Positions 11,701-24,255 of a stretch of DNA of 64,000 bases are shown here, in pieces; positions within the stretch are counted from its first letter, which is position 1; the number at the start of each line of letters is the position of its first letter. Source of the DNA: Octopus bimaculoides (Eukaryota); NCBI RefSeq assembly GCF_001194135.2, contig NC_068993.1:9645357-9709356 (forward strand), given 5' to 3'. Made by a program: the position numbers and the translations under genes. The notes under the pieces were generated by a model. The model saw only the letters and a list, made by a program, of their open reading frames with translations, made no database searches and was not told the DNA's origin.

Positions 11701-14700
11701 TTTGTTGTTGTTGTTTTTCAGGAAAAAGAAACTGTGACAGAAATGTACCAAGAAGCTATGTCTCAAGTGAAGCAGTTAACATCAGATTTACAGGTTGAAA
11801 TTTTTTGTATTGATTTGTTTAACAAATCAATATATTAAGTCTTTTATTGATTTAGAAAATATATTTTATATATTAACTTTCACAAAAGATTAATATAATA
11901 TCTATGTAGCATTTTTATACTGAAATGGAAATCATTTAAGTTTAATATTTTAGTGCTTGTAGTTTTAGTCTGAGTTGGTGCTGTCTACTTTGATCTTGGA
12001 GATAGCACATTGAATATTTATAGTAACATTATCCATCACCCAACATGAATGACAAATACATGGGCCATTTTTACAGAGAAAATCATACATACATGCACTC
12101 ACAAGAAACCCACATGAATGCACATATACCACTGGTAACAGCTTGCTAAATCTTACTCTTCATATTCCAATCCTGTACCTTAAACATCATCATGTGACCA
12201 AAGTTGACTAATGAAAACATGGATCAGATGGTGTAATCCTAATATCACATCATATAATATTATACATATATATATACATACATACATACACACATACTTA
12301 CACACACACACACATATATAAGCAAATCATCATTGTATGTTTTATATATTTTCATGTATTTTCACTTCATTATAAAATTGTAAAATTTATCTAAATCCCA
12401 TTTCTTCTGTAGAATTTGAAAAGCAACCAGCCATGGGATGATCTTGAGAAGCAGACCAACCGGGTACGTTACATAAACATCATATCTGAAGTTTGACTTA
12501 CCACAACTTATTTTTCCCCTCCCACCTTTCCTGAAAGCCAATTTTCATGTTTACTCAAGCAGTCAGCTGAAAGGCTGTTTGCTCAGGCCAAAACACACAA
12601 CTCTCAAATTACTCATTCCATTTAGAAGAATGTAAGCTCTGCAAAGCAGGAATGACTCATGACTGTAATTAATGGTTGTACTATCAAACTGATGTGTTCT
12701 TTGTTGATTCACAGTTCTGACCTCATCTCCTCCTCTGTGTTTGGAGAAACAATGGAGAGAAGCTATTATAGTGTTTAACCCTAGTCCACAGTCACACAGT
12801 AATTTTGAGCTATCTTTCCAATAGAATTCAGGTTCCTCACACTGTCTTTGACGGCTGTTTGCAACAACCCTTACCATTTCACATAAAGTCCATCAAGCAC
12901 TGGCGTCCCACCAGAAGATGAATATATTACACAACTACAACTCTGTGTTTGTTTAACAGCTCTTTGTGGAAAGAATGGGTGTGGGTTTATATACAATGCT
13001 GCATTATAGTGGAGAGCATTATTTATAATGAAGTGAACGTTACTATTAAGCCCAGGTCAGTCCCAGTCATTTCCAGTGTTGACAGTACTGCCTTTTTCAC
13101 AGACATATTCTTGCAGGTGTCATTAAAAAAAAGCTCTATGTCAGTCACCAAAAAATTTTGGATTCAGTTCAGTAAACTATATTCCCATATATGCCTTATG
13201 TAAATTGGCTTTGTGTCTCTTCAAAAGAAATCAGTTCATTTTATAACATTGATTGATTGATTGATTGACTAATTGATTAAGTGATCAAACAATTGGTTGA
13301 TTGAGAGAATGATTGATTGTTGTTATATATTCATCTTCACAGATGAAGAACCAATATTATACGTCAGTACAATCAATCGTTGCTGAAGTGGAACCTTTAC
13401 AGAAAAATCTCAGGTAGTTGTGTTACTTAATTTTTGTTTTCATTATATTTGTGGCTTTTGTGAATGATAGATGAATGGTGACTCCTTGATGTGTTCCTCC
13501 CCTTTTGCAGACATCTATTGTTTTTCGTCCTATCAAATTGTTCATTCACCCTTCACATATAACAAAACCCCTGGAGTGGCATTTCCAGTTTAGTTGCTGA
13601 CAACCTGGCTATGAAACAGATATAATTGCTATACATGATTACTATTAGCAAATCATTTTTGATCTGACCTGTTTATATACTGCTGATAAAAGTGGTAATA
13701 TTAGTCAAATTTCAAAATGCTCACTTAACAAACAAGTTTATAACATATTTTATCTATCTTAATTCTGTCTTCTCTCTTCATTCTACATTTCATCGAAATT
13801 GAACCAAATTTGATGACTGACACCCCTCTCAGTGGAGCGCTAATAGCACCGTCCGAGCGTGATCATTGCCAGAGCAGCTGTTTGGCTTCCATGCCAGTGG
13901 CACGTAAATAGCACCATTTGAACATGATCGTTACCAGCGTCACCTTACTGGCACTTGTGCCGGTGGCATGTGAAATAAACATTCGAGCGAGGTCGTTGCC
14001 AGTGCCGCTGGACTGGCTCCTGTGCAGGTGGTACGTAAAAAACACCGCTTGAGCGTGACCGTTGCCAGTACCGCCTGACTGGCCCTCGTGCCAATGGCAC
14101 GTAAAAGCACCCACTACACTTTCAGAGTGGTTGGCATTAGGAAGGGCATCCAGCTGTAGAAACTCTGCCAGATCAGAGTGGAGCCTGGTGTAGCCATCTG
14201 GCTCACCAGTCCTCAGTCAAATCGTCCAACCCATGCTAGCATGGAAAGCGGATGTTAAACGGTGATGGTGATGATGATGATTATTATAATTATTATTATT
14301 ATTATTAAGGCAGAAAGCTGGGAGAATCATTAGCACACCAGGTAAAATGCTTTGTGGCATTGTGTCTGTCTTTACATTCTGAGTTCAAATTCCACTGAGG
14401 TTGACTTTATCTTTTATTCTGTTGAGATTGATCTAAGAAGTACCAGTAAAATACTGGAATTGATGCAATCGACTTACTCTCTCCCCTGAAATTGCTGGCC
14501 TTGTGCCAAAATTTGAAACCAATATGTTTTGGCAGATTCGAACTTGAATATTTGACTGCTAGTTTTTTTCATCAACGCAGAATACTTTAAGGTTATTATT
14601 TGGATTCACGCTGTTTTATATGTATCGCATAAATTATTCTAATTTACTTCTTACATAATGCCTTATTTGGTGACAAAAAAAAAAAAAAGGGTTTATTTTT

Positions 14701-15558
14701 CACTTCAGGGAAAAAGAGAAGGAAGTAATAAACTTGAAAGTCAATAATGAAACTTTGCAGGCCGCCGTTGAAGAACTCAAGCGAAAACTCAAATGGAAGG
14801 TAAATGAAGACTATATTTTACATCTTCAAGACTCGTAGTCTTGACTCGTAGTTCAAATCATCTTCAAGACTTAGTTTTCCACAGTCTTTCTGTGCTGTTT
14901 CTTTATAATTATGTCTCAGTTTTTTTATGTAATTTTCAGATGTATTTTTTAATCTTACTCCGAGTCTATGGGAGTTTCTTATACATGGATGGATAGAATT
15001 ATAATCCCTTACAAAGCCTTTTTTCCAAATTTTAAGCCCCCAAAATTAGGGGGGCTCCTTATACATGTTAAAATATGGTAAGTGGAGTGGAGTCGAGTCA
15101 AGTTGAGTCAAGTATTGAAGAATGTGAAAGTATGATTGAGGAACAGGAACTGGTTTTTTGGCAAAGTGGTGAATACATGGCTTTCTGAGTTGGAAAGAGA
15201 GAGAAATGGTGATAGCGTACCCTGAAGGCACACAGTGTATATGTGAGTGATAATAAGGGTAGAGGAACAGAAAGGTGGATGGATGGGTGGGTGAAGAAAA
15301 AATAATTCTCTTTTTTTCAATCAGTGTTGAACTGTTGTCATCCCTGTCTTCTCTTTTCATTTTCCGTAGGAACAAGAATTGGTTGAACTGGCCCAGAAAG
15401 ACTGTAATTCTGGTGAAGTGGTCACCAATATGAAAAGGCATGCATCAAGTTTGGAAAATGAGTAAGTTTGATCTTATTTTCCCATTCTTTAATGAAAATA
15501 GATTTATGTTGATGATGATGATGATGATGATAACAATGATGATGATGATGACAACAAC

Positions 15559-15589
<31 letters not shown>

Positions 15590-15836
15590 TTGATGACAAC
15601 AATGATGATGATGATGACAGTAGTGGTGGCGGCAGCTATGATGAAGATGATGCTGGTGATAATGACAGTTGTAGTGTTTGGTGGTGGTGATGATGATGAT
15701 GACTATGGTGGTGGCAGCTATGATGAGAATAATGTTGCTCATAATGACAGTGGTAGTAGTGGTGGTGGTGGTGGTGGTAATGCTGCCACTGATAATAATC
15801 ATGGTGATGATAGAATAATGATGATGAGGATGTTGC

Positions 15837-15867
<31 letters not shown>

Positions 15868-18594
15868 GGTGGTGGTGATGGTGATAATGATAATGGCAAT
15901 ATATTTGTTGTTATATTTCCAGTTTAAAATCCAAAGCTGAAGAACTTCAGCAACTGAACGAGAAAAATTCTGAACTTGAAAAGTGGATTATTTTACAGCA
16001 AGAGAAAAAGTAACTTACCAAATTCCATTTTCCTTTTATATCAATATATTTTTACAATTTCATTTTACTTAGCTTTTTTTTTTACCCTGTGCACTTAAGC
16101 AAAAGCAGGGTATTGTAATCTGTGTGTTTGCAAATTTACTTGTAAATGGCTGAATGGATTTTCACCAAATTTGGCAGAAATATTCATTGGGTGAGTGGCT
16201 CAAAATGATGAACATTTGGTTTGATTATCCTTAAAAAAAATTTTTTTTTCATTTATTACTATATTCTTCTGTACACAATCATAGAAACTTGGATATATAT
16301 ACATCGAACCCATGCAAGCATGAGAAAGTAGGGACATTAATACGATGATTTGTCTGTGTGTCTATCCGTCTGTCCGTCCGTCCATCCATCCATTTATCTA
16401 TCTATCAACTAATCAATCAATCAATCAATGAGTCATTATAGATAAAGAAAAAGATAAACAGATAATAAGCATTGTCTAAGTTTTTTCTTTTTCTTTGAAC
16501 ATATACAAGAACCTTGAACTATGACAGCTTATTGACTGAATCCTAATTTTCCATTGATGTTTATAGTACCACGCTGGAGAAACAAATGCAGGATATGATG
16601 GAAGACAGGAAAAATGCTCAGCAGATTGTGGAAAATGCGATTCTAGATAAAGATTTGGTAAAAAATACCTTTAGATATCTTTCAAAATTGATTGAGTATG
16701 TCTCCACACATGCACGTGTGTGTGTNNNNNNNNNNGGGGGGGGGGGGTGCAGTGATGTTACTTAATATTGAGACAAATATACAATTAGGATTAAGTTTGT
16801 TTTATGTATATTTGATCATTTGTTTGACTAATCCATACAAGGCAGTACCCCAGCATGGCTGTATTCCAATGACTAAAACAAGTAAACAGTAAAGTATATA
16901 TATATATATATATATATTGTTGTACTTGGGGATGGTCATATTGCCAGTTTAGCCAATAAAAACACACGCACTGTATATTTGGTGTTAATTTTTTTTTTTT
17001 TTTTTTCAGCTTTATATTACATTAATCTTAATCTTAATCTTATTTCGGCCAGAGTTCTTTCGTCACACTTCTGTGACCTCATCAGTGGTCCTTTGTTTCC
17101 TTCTTTCTTATGTGTGTCTCACCTTGCTATATATATATATATATATAAGGCGCATGGCTCAATGGTTAGAGTGTCAGGCTCATAATCATGAGGTAGTGAG
17201 TTTGATTTCTGGACCAAGCTGTGTGTTGTGTTCTTGAGCAAGACACTTTATTTCACATTGCTCCAGTTCACTCAGCTGTAGAAATGAGTTGTGACATCAC
17301 TGGTGCCAAGCTGTGTCAGCTTTTGTCTTTTCCCTTGGATAATATCAGTGGTTTGGAGAGGGGAGGTTGGTATGCATGGGAAACTGCTGGTCTTCCATAA
17401 ACAACCTTGCCTGGACTTGTGCCCCAAAGGGGAACTTTCTAGGTGCAATCCCATGGTCATACATGACTGAAGTGGGCTCTCTGAAATATATATATATATC
17501 TATATATCAGCCATGTGTGTATATAAACAAACTTACATTTGTTTTTTTGAAGCACTTAATGTGTATCGTACAATACAGACGAAAAGATGATATTTTTGAA
17601 CATAGTATCACCATTGAAACAACATATATATATATGTATATATATGCATACATACACTTGTGTGTGTGTGTGTTTGCACCCCCGCCTTCTTGACATTGTG
17701 TGATAGTTACAAGATTTTGTAAATATTTCTTTGTGACTAATCTTCTTTTGTCGTTAAATCCTTACATCTTCACTTCTGATTTGTCTCTGTTTGCTAAATA
17801 TTCCTATTTCTTTACCGAAGGCCAAAGAAGTTTCCGCTCAAAGACAAGAACAAATTAACCATTTACAGAAAGTCGTTGATGACTTGATGGACGATGTTGG
17901 CAAAGCAACCAGAAAAGAGGTAAAAAAAAAACAAACAAACAAACAAAAATAACAACAACAACAGCAAAAATTCTTAACAAATTTTTAAAAAAAATTTATA
18001 TATATTTCTTTGAATTTCATTATTTCTATGTTTCTTTTGTTACTTATTGTTTTTTTTTCTTTTTATTTCCATGAAAATTTTAGTTGTTGTTGTTGATGTG
18101 CTGGTTCTTTGAATTTCGGTATTATGTGATGATGAAATGTTTTCTTTCCAAACTCTCACTATATTCCAGGTAGATGATGTGAAATCTCTTCTCAATGTCA
18201 GGATTGTAAAACTGAATGAAAAAGTCCATTTCCTAGAAATGGTAAGTAGTAAATGTGTCACTGTCCGAAATTTAAATATGTCTTCATCATTGCTATAGAA
18301 CTGATATAAATTCTCTATGGGTGACTCTCTCTGATATGGTTTCAATTCTTGGCTGGGCCCTTTTCAATTTTTTTCCCCTATTTTTATTTTATTATTTTAC
18401 TTATTTACTTATTTTCATATTTCATATTTTGTTGTTGGTTAACTTGTTTTTTATTTATATTATATTTATTATATATTTATTTATTTTGGTTTTCTAGGAA
18501 CGTTCTGAGAGGGAAGTCAATATGGAAAGATGTCTAAGAGATAAAAAAAATGTTGAGTCAGAATTGCAAAATGTAAGTTATTTGTAGCCTGATT

Positions 18595-18632
<38 letters not shown>

Positions 18633-21272
18633 GGTGTGTGGGTGTGCTGCATGTATGTGTTTCACGCAAGTGTGAGTGAACATATGCATAAAGGCACACA
18701 TACCTGGGTGTGCGTACGCGCATATGTATGAATGTACATACGCGATTGCTATGAGCATTTTTACTTCTTTACTTTTTACTTCCTACCCTTCGGTTTTCCC
18801 CCCTCATTTAACGGTCATTCTAATAGCTCTTTTGTCTTAATAACGGTCATTACATAGTAATTTCTCTTCGTTTAATGGTCATTTTCATAGCATATTTTGA
18901 TTGCCTCAATAACTGACAAGATGCCAAAGCACGTTTCTGCCCTGACATCCGAAACTCGGAGTCTTATTATGGCAACCGAATAATTGTCACATATTATATT
19001 ACAGATATATATATATCTATATATATATATTGGAAGTTAATTATATGGCTGGTCATAGAGTGACCAGTGGTTTCACATCCATAAATCACTCTAATGGATA
19101 TATGCCTGTGACAATTAGAGTCCAACAAGCTGTCTATGAGGCTAAGCGCTTTATGGAAGCAAAACCATTCATCACAGAGCCGGTTTCAGCTGGTTTGGTA
19201 ATGAAAAGATTACTGCTGCATATTGTTGCCATCATATGTTATCTGTTTGACATAGAATACTGTCAATCTCACACCAGGTCCGTCAAAACTTTGTAGAGGA
19301 GACCAAATCATTCAATGAAGTCAAAGAAAAGCTAACGCAGCGTTTAACAGAAGCATTAAAATCTAAAGATGCCACTGAGAGGAAGCTTGACAAATTTGAA
19401 CATCAACAGGAACGTGATAAGAAAAAGTAAGACTTGTTTGTTTATTTTTGTTTATTTTCTTTTTATTTCTTCCTTTTCTTTTTAAAGTTAAAATTGTTCG
19501 AAAGGCAATCCAGTGTAGAATTAAGTAAGCTGTTTAATTTCTTCTGTCAATAAAATCCAAGCTAATGAAAGAATTCCTGTGTGAGAACTTCAAGGCAATG
19601 AGGGGAGCCTCTATGCAGTTGTTTGATTTGGTAGAAATAGCTGCCAAATTTTACCCAAATCACACCCTACCATTTTGAGAAAGGAAGGACATATTGAATA
19701 GCGTTGTCATGTATGTACTCATCATCATTGTTCTTATGTTTACTTTTCCATTCTTGCACGGGTGAGCCGGACAGACAGACACACACACATGCATGCGCGA
19801 CAAATTTCTTTCAGTTTCTACCTACCAAATCCACTCACAAGGCTTTGGTCGGCCCAGGGCTATAGTAGAAGGCACTTGCCTAAAGTGCCATTCAGTGGGA
19901 CTGAACCCAGAACCATGCAGTTGGGAAGCAAGCTTCTTATCACACAGCCATGCTTGCATATGTATAATGTATGCACTTGATTTCACAGTATAGCAAATAG
20001 AAGTTCCTGAGGTCGAGTTTGCATTTGGACCGTCCAAAGTTTATAAAACAAATACCAGTTTTGTACTGGGGTTATTTACATTGACTGAAACTATTTTGTA
20101 TGCATCGATATAATGTGTGTGTGTGAGTGTGTGATTGATTTTGCAGTATAGTAAGTATAGGTAGGTACATGTGTGATCAACTAATTTCACTCACAGAAAG
20201 ATAATTGAAATTGTGGCTTGTGTTTGTGTTTCAGTTTGAACCAGAAAATAGATCTTTTAATGAAAGAAAATGAGAAACTGAAAGAACAAGTGTCTTCACT
20301 GAACAGTGACAACAGCCGACTGTCAGAAGGTAAACTTCAGCTGATCCAAGAAATTAACGAACTGAAAGCGAATATCTTACAGGCAAACAACGAACGGGAT
20401 GAGATACAGCGCAACATGCGTAAGAGGGTGAGTACAAGACTTCAAAATGTGATTTTTGATTGGAGAAGACCTGGCGAAAATGAAATTGTGTGGCATTCAT
20501 GCCTTTGTCCAGGAACTTTAGTGAGAAAAGTGATTGAAATAGCTACATCTATATGGGTATGTAGACATATGGCTGTGTAGTTGATAGTTTTGTTTTACAG
20601 TTGCATAATTTTGCAGGTTCTGTCCCACTGTGTGGCATCTTGGGCAAGTACCTTGTACTGATCAATGCTTTGAAAATGAGATTAGTAGATGGAAACTGTG
20701 CAGAAGCACATCTTATGTACATGTGTATCCGTATGTGTCTTGTCAAATTACCTCTCTCTGGGACGCTGAGAAGATCTTGGTTAGGTGAAATGAAACTATT
20801 CTCTGTTACTGGGGGTAAGGGAAGTCTTTTTAAAATTCAGGGTTTTTGGAGAATTTTTTTTTAGGAGATTTCTAGCATAGAATCATGAGTCCTTCCTTGA
20901 GTCTCTATTCTTTGAACCACTAAATTACAGGCTCTGGGCTGATATATAGGCTCTAAACTGATATATAATGATTTTTATATTTTGATAGATTGCTGTTATG
21001 AAAGAAGAAATGTCTTCCAACTCACAAGATTTTGAATTGAAACTGCAGAGTTTCGAAGATGGAAATCATTACACTATGGTGGAATTAAAGAAGCTTCTCA
21101 ATTCACAGAAAATAATTAGCAGAAGGTTGCTCTCTTTATTGTTCTCCTATGTTCATTCAGTATAGCTTCTCCCACATTTCAAATAATGTAATATAAAAAT
21201 TAAAAAAAAAAAATTCATTTAGAGTAAAATCACCTCAAAATACAGTTGATAATTCTTTGCTTGAAATTCTGA

Positions 21273-21333
<61 letters not shown>

Positions 21334-24166
21334 GCATTGAAAAATACCTTAGGAATGAGAACCCTGGTTCAAAATTTCCCCAAGACACCTGATGAAGGAT
21401 GGGGAGTATATCAGCCGAAATGTTGTGTTAACAACAAATAAGATGAGGACAAATATCTGTCAAATGTAAATAATGTAAATAATGTATATAATTTCTCATC
21501 TCTTAAATATAGAACTACTTTGCTATTCTAAAATAATATTTCATTTGTTCTGTGTATTGTCCATTTGGCAGATGGAAAGAAGAATGCGGTACGATTTCAA
21601 AGAAATACGACGAGAAAATAGCACAAATTCGATCTGAGCTGAAACGTTACAAAACTCGCAACTCTGAACTGAAATCTTCGTTGCAAGAATGTCAAGTTAA
21701 GATGACAGAGGTAAGCAAGAACCAGCAGAAATGTCTTTTGATCTTTCTGGGGGGGGGGGGACGTTTGTATAACACCGTTCAATAAAAGGGGACACAGAAC
21801 TACAAAAGGTTAAGAAATATTGGTCTAAATGAATAAGGTTTTGGCTCTTCAGCTGAAAAGTTTTGGGTTCATATTCCATCATTGCATTGTCTTGTATCTT
21901 TTTACTTGTTTCAGTCATTAGATTGTGGCCATGCTGGGGCACCACCTTGAAGAGATTTTATTTGAATGAATTGATCTCCAGGACTTTTTCTTGTTTTAAG
22001 CCTGGTACTTATTCTGTTGGTCTCTTTCACGAAGCTGCTAAGTTATGGGGGCATAAACACACCAATACCACACACACACACACACACAGATATATATGTA
22101 TGAAGGGATTCTTTCAGTTTCCATCTAACACATTCACTCACAAGGCTTTGGTGCTGGTGGCACATAAAAAGCACCATTCAAACATGGCTGATGCCAGTAC
22201 CCCTTGACTGGCTCCTGTGCCGGTGACATGTAAAAAGCACTCACTACACTCTCGGAGTGGTTGGCATTAGGAAGGGCATCCAGCTGTAGAAACATTGCCA
22301 GATCAGATCGGAGCCTGGTGCAGCCACTTGCTCTCCAGACCTCAGTCAAACCGCCCAACCCATGCCAGCATGGAAAACGGACGTCAAACGATGATGATGA
22401 TGTTTTCCATTCTAATTAGGTGTGGATGAGTCTGTCTCACTGCAGCTTCCCCCAGACATTGCTCCCTAAATACAACTATGCTGGCTTTGTTTGATACATT
22501 TGGTGATGATTCTTAGCTACTTTGTTATGCTTCTCTCACACCTGATAATTTTATGGCTTTTATCTTTTATCTTCTAGTTGTCTCAGTCATTAGACTGTGG
22601 CCATGTTGGGGCACCTGTTTTGAATTTTTAGTCTCTTTTGCCACTTGCTAAGTTGTGGGGATCTAAACACACAAACACCAGTTGTCAAGCAGTGGTAGTG
22701 GACAAACACAGAGACAAAGACACACATACGTTGATGTATATATATTTATATATAGATATATATAGGACAGGCTTCTTTCAGTTTCCATCTACCAAGTCCA
22801 CTCACAAAGCTTTTTAGTGGTCCCAGAGCTATAATAGAAGACAGTTGTCCATGTGCCACACGGTGGGACTGAACCTGAAACGATGTGGTTGGGAAGCAAG
22901 CTTCTTACCACACAGCTACACCTATGCCTGTATACTTATTGTTTCTTTCTTTCTTACCTTCTCTCACAATTTAGAGTGGACAGGTATTGAAAGATTACAC
23001 GGCCAAAATACAAAGAATGGAAAGTCATCTGAGAGAAGCTCAGAACAAAGCCATGGAATCAGAACGAAAGGTAAGTTGTGAATGTTGAGGAAAGGGTCTT
23101 TGGAATGAAGGAAATATGGGAAATACTTAGATACCTCCATCACTGTTTCAGTTGAATATGTTATCATCATCATTATCATCACCACTGCCAACACCACCCC
23201 AGTACCACTACCACTACCACCACCACCAACACGCAGCCCATCAGGGATTCGAATCGTTAGCATGCCGGGCAAAATGTTTGGTGGCATTTCGTCCATCCTT
23301 GCATTCTGAGTTCAAATTCTGCTGAGGTTGACTTTGCCTTTCGTCCTTTTGGGGGGTCGGTGAAATAAGACTGGGGGTCGATGTAATCAACTTGCCCCTC
23401 CCCCAAAATTTTAGGCCTTGTGCCTATAGTAGAAAATATTATTATTATCATTATTATTTTTTGTTATTATATTTCAGCTAACACATTTACAAATGAAACA
23501 TCGAGAAATTGCAAGTGAAAACATCTTTTTACTGAACGAATCTAATAAAAACGAGAATAATTCTGTAAAGTATGACAAATGCTTCTTTTTCTTATTAAAT
23601 TATTCATAATTTATTTTATGTAGGCTAGGAGATAGAGTTGTCATCACACACATTATATATGTACGTATTTTGCATTAGTTAAGGAACGGCGATGAATGAA
23701 AATTCTGTAAATATGATTATTAGTTTAAGCATATAAATATTCACTGTATATTAGCTATAAAAAATAGTCTAATATTGTGGCATATTGATGGAAAAAAATG
23801 GATAAATATGAGTGGGAATTGAGCCCACTCCTCTAATCCATTCTTTTCCATTGAGGGCTTATATGCCACCAATTTTAGTCTATTCTCTATAGCTAATATA
23901 CAATGAATGCTTATACGCTTAGGCTTATAATTATATTTACAGAATATGTATGAGGATGCGTGGGTGTTGCACTCACAATTGTGATATCATGATTTCAGTT
24001 CTTAGACCAGGTGGGGTGCTGTGTTCTTGAGCAAAGCACTGCATCTCATGTTGTCCTGCAATCACTTCAACACCTGATGGATGATAGACAGCGCGCCTTT
24101 TCAGACAATGTTGATTTGATGGAGAGAATGAACTAATGTGCGGCATTGAAAATTAGCTATAAACAA

Positions 24167-24255
<89 letters not shown>

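Noticed and set aside
12560-13200. Higher-complexity intronic segment possibly derived from a transposase
   Set aside because: Hand translation gave only stop-riddled frames with no motif I can defend; needs BLASTx. Same for ~47760-48240.
13841-14110. CRISPR-like repeat/spacer appearance of the ~65-nt units
   Set aside because: Eukaryotic intron, no cas genes, variable parts only ~10 nt, and the same loops recur in dispersed retro-copies. Reported instead as a retroelement substructure.
15440-15940. 166-aa poly-Met/Val ORF and the antisense poly-His ORFs
   Set aside because: Translation of a (GAT/GGT)n microsatellite in SCLT1 intron 11. The same applies to the YI/CV/HT-repeat ORFs throughout the track.
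19030-19296. 88-aa ORF as a separate gene or SCLT1 exon
   Set aside because: No recognisable homology, and it is in a different frame from the SCLT1 exon that starts at the CAG acceptor at 19277.
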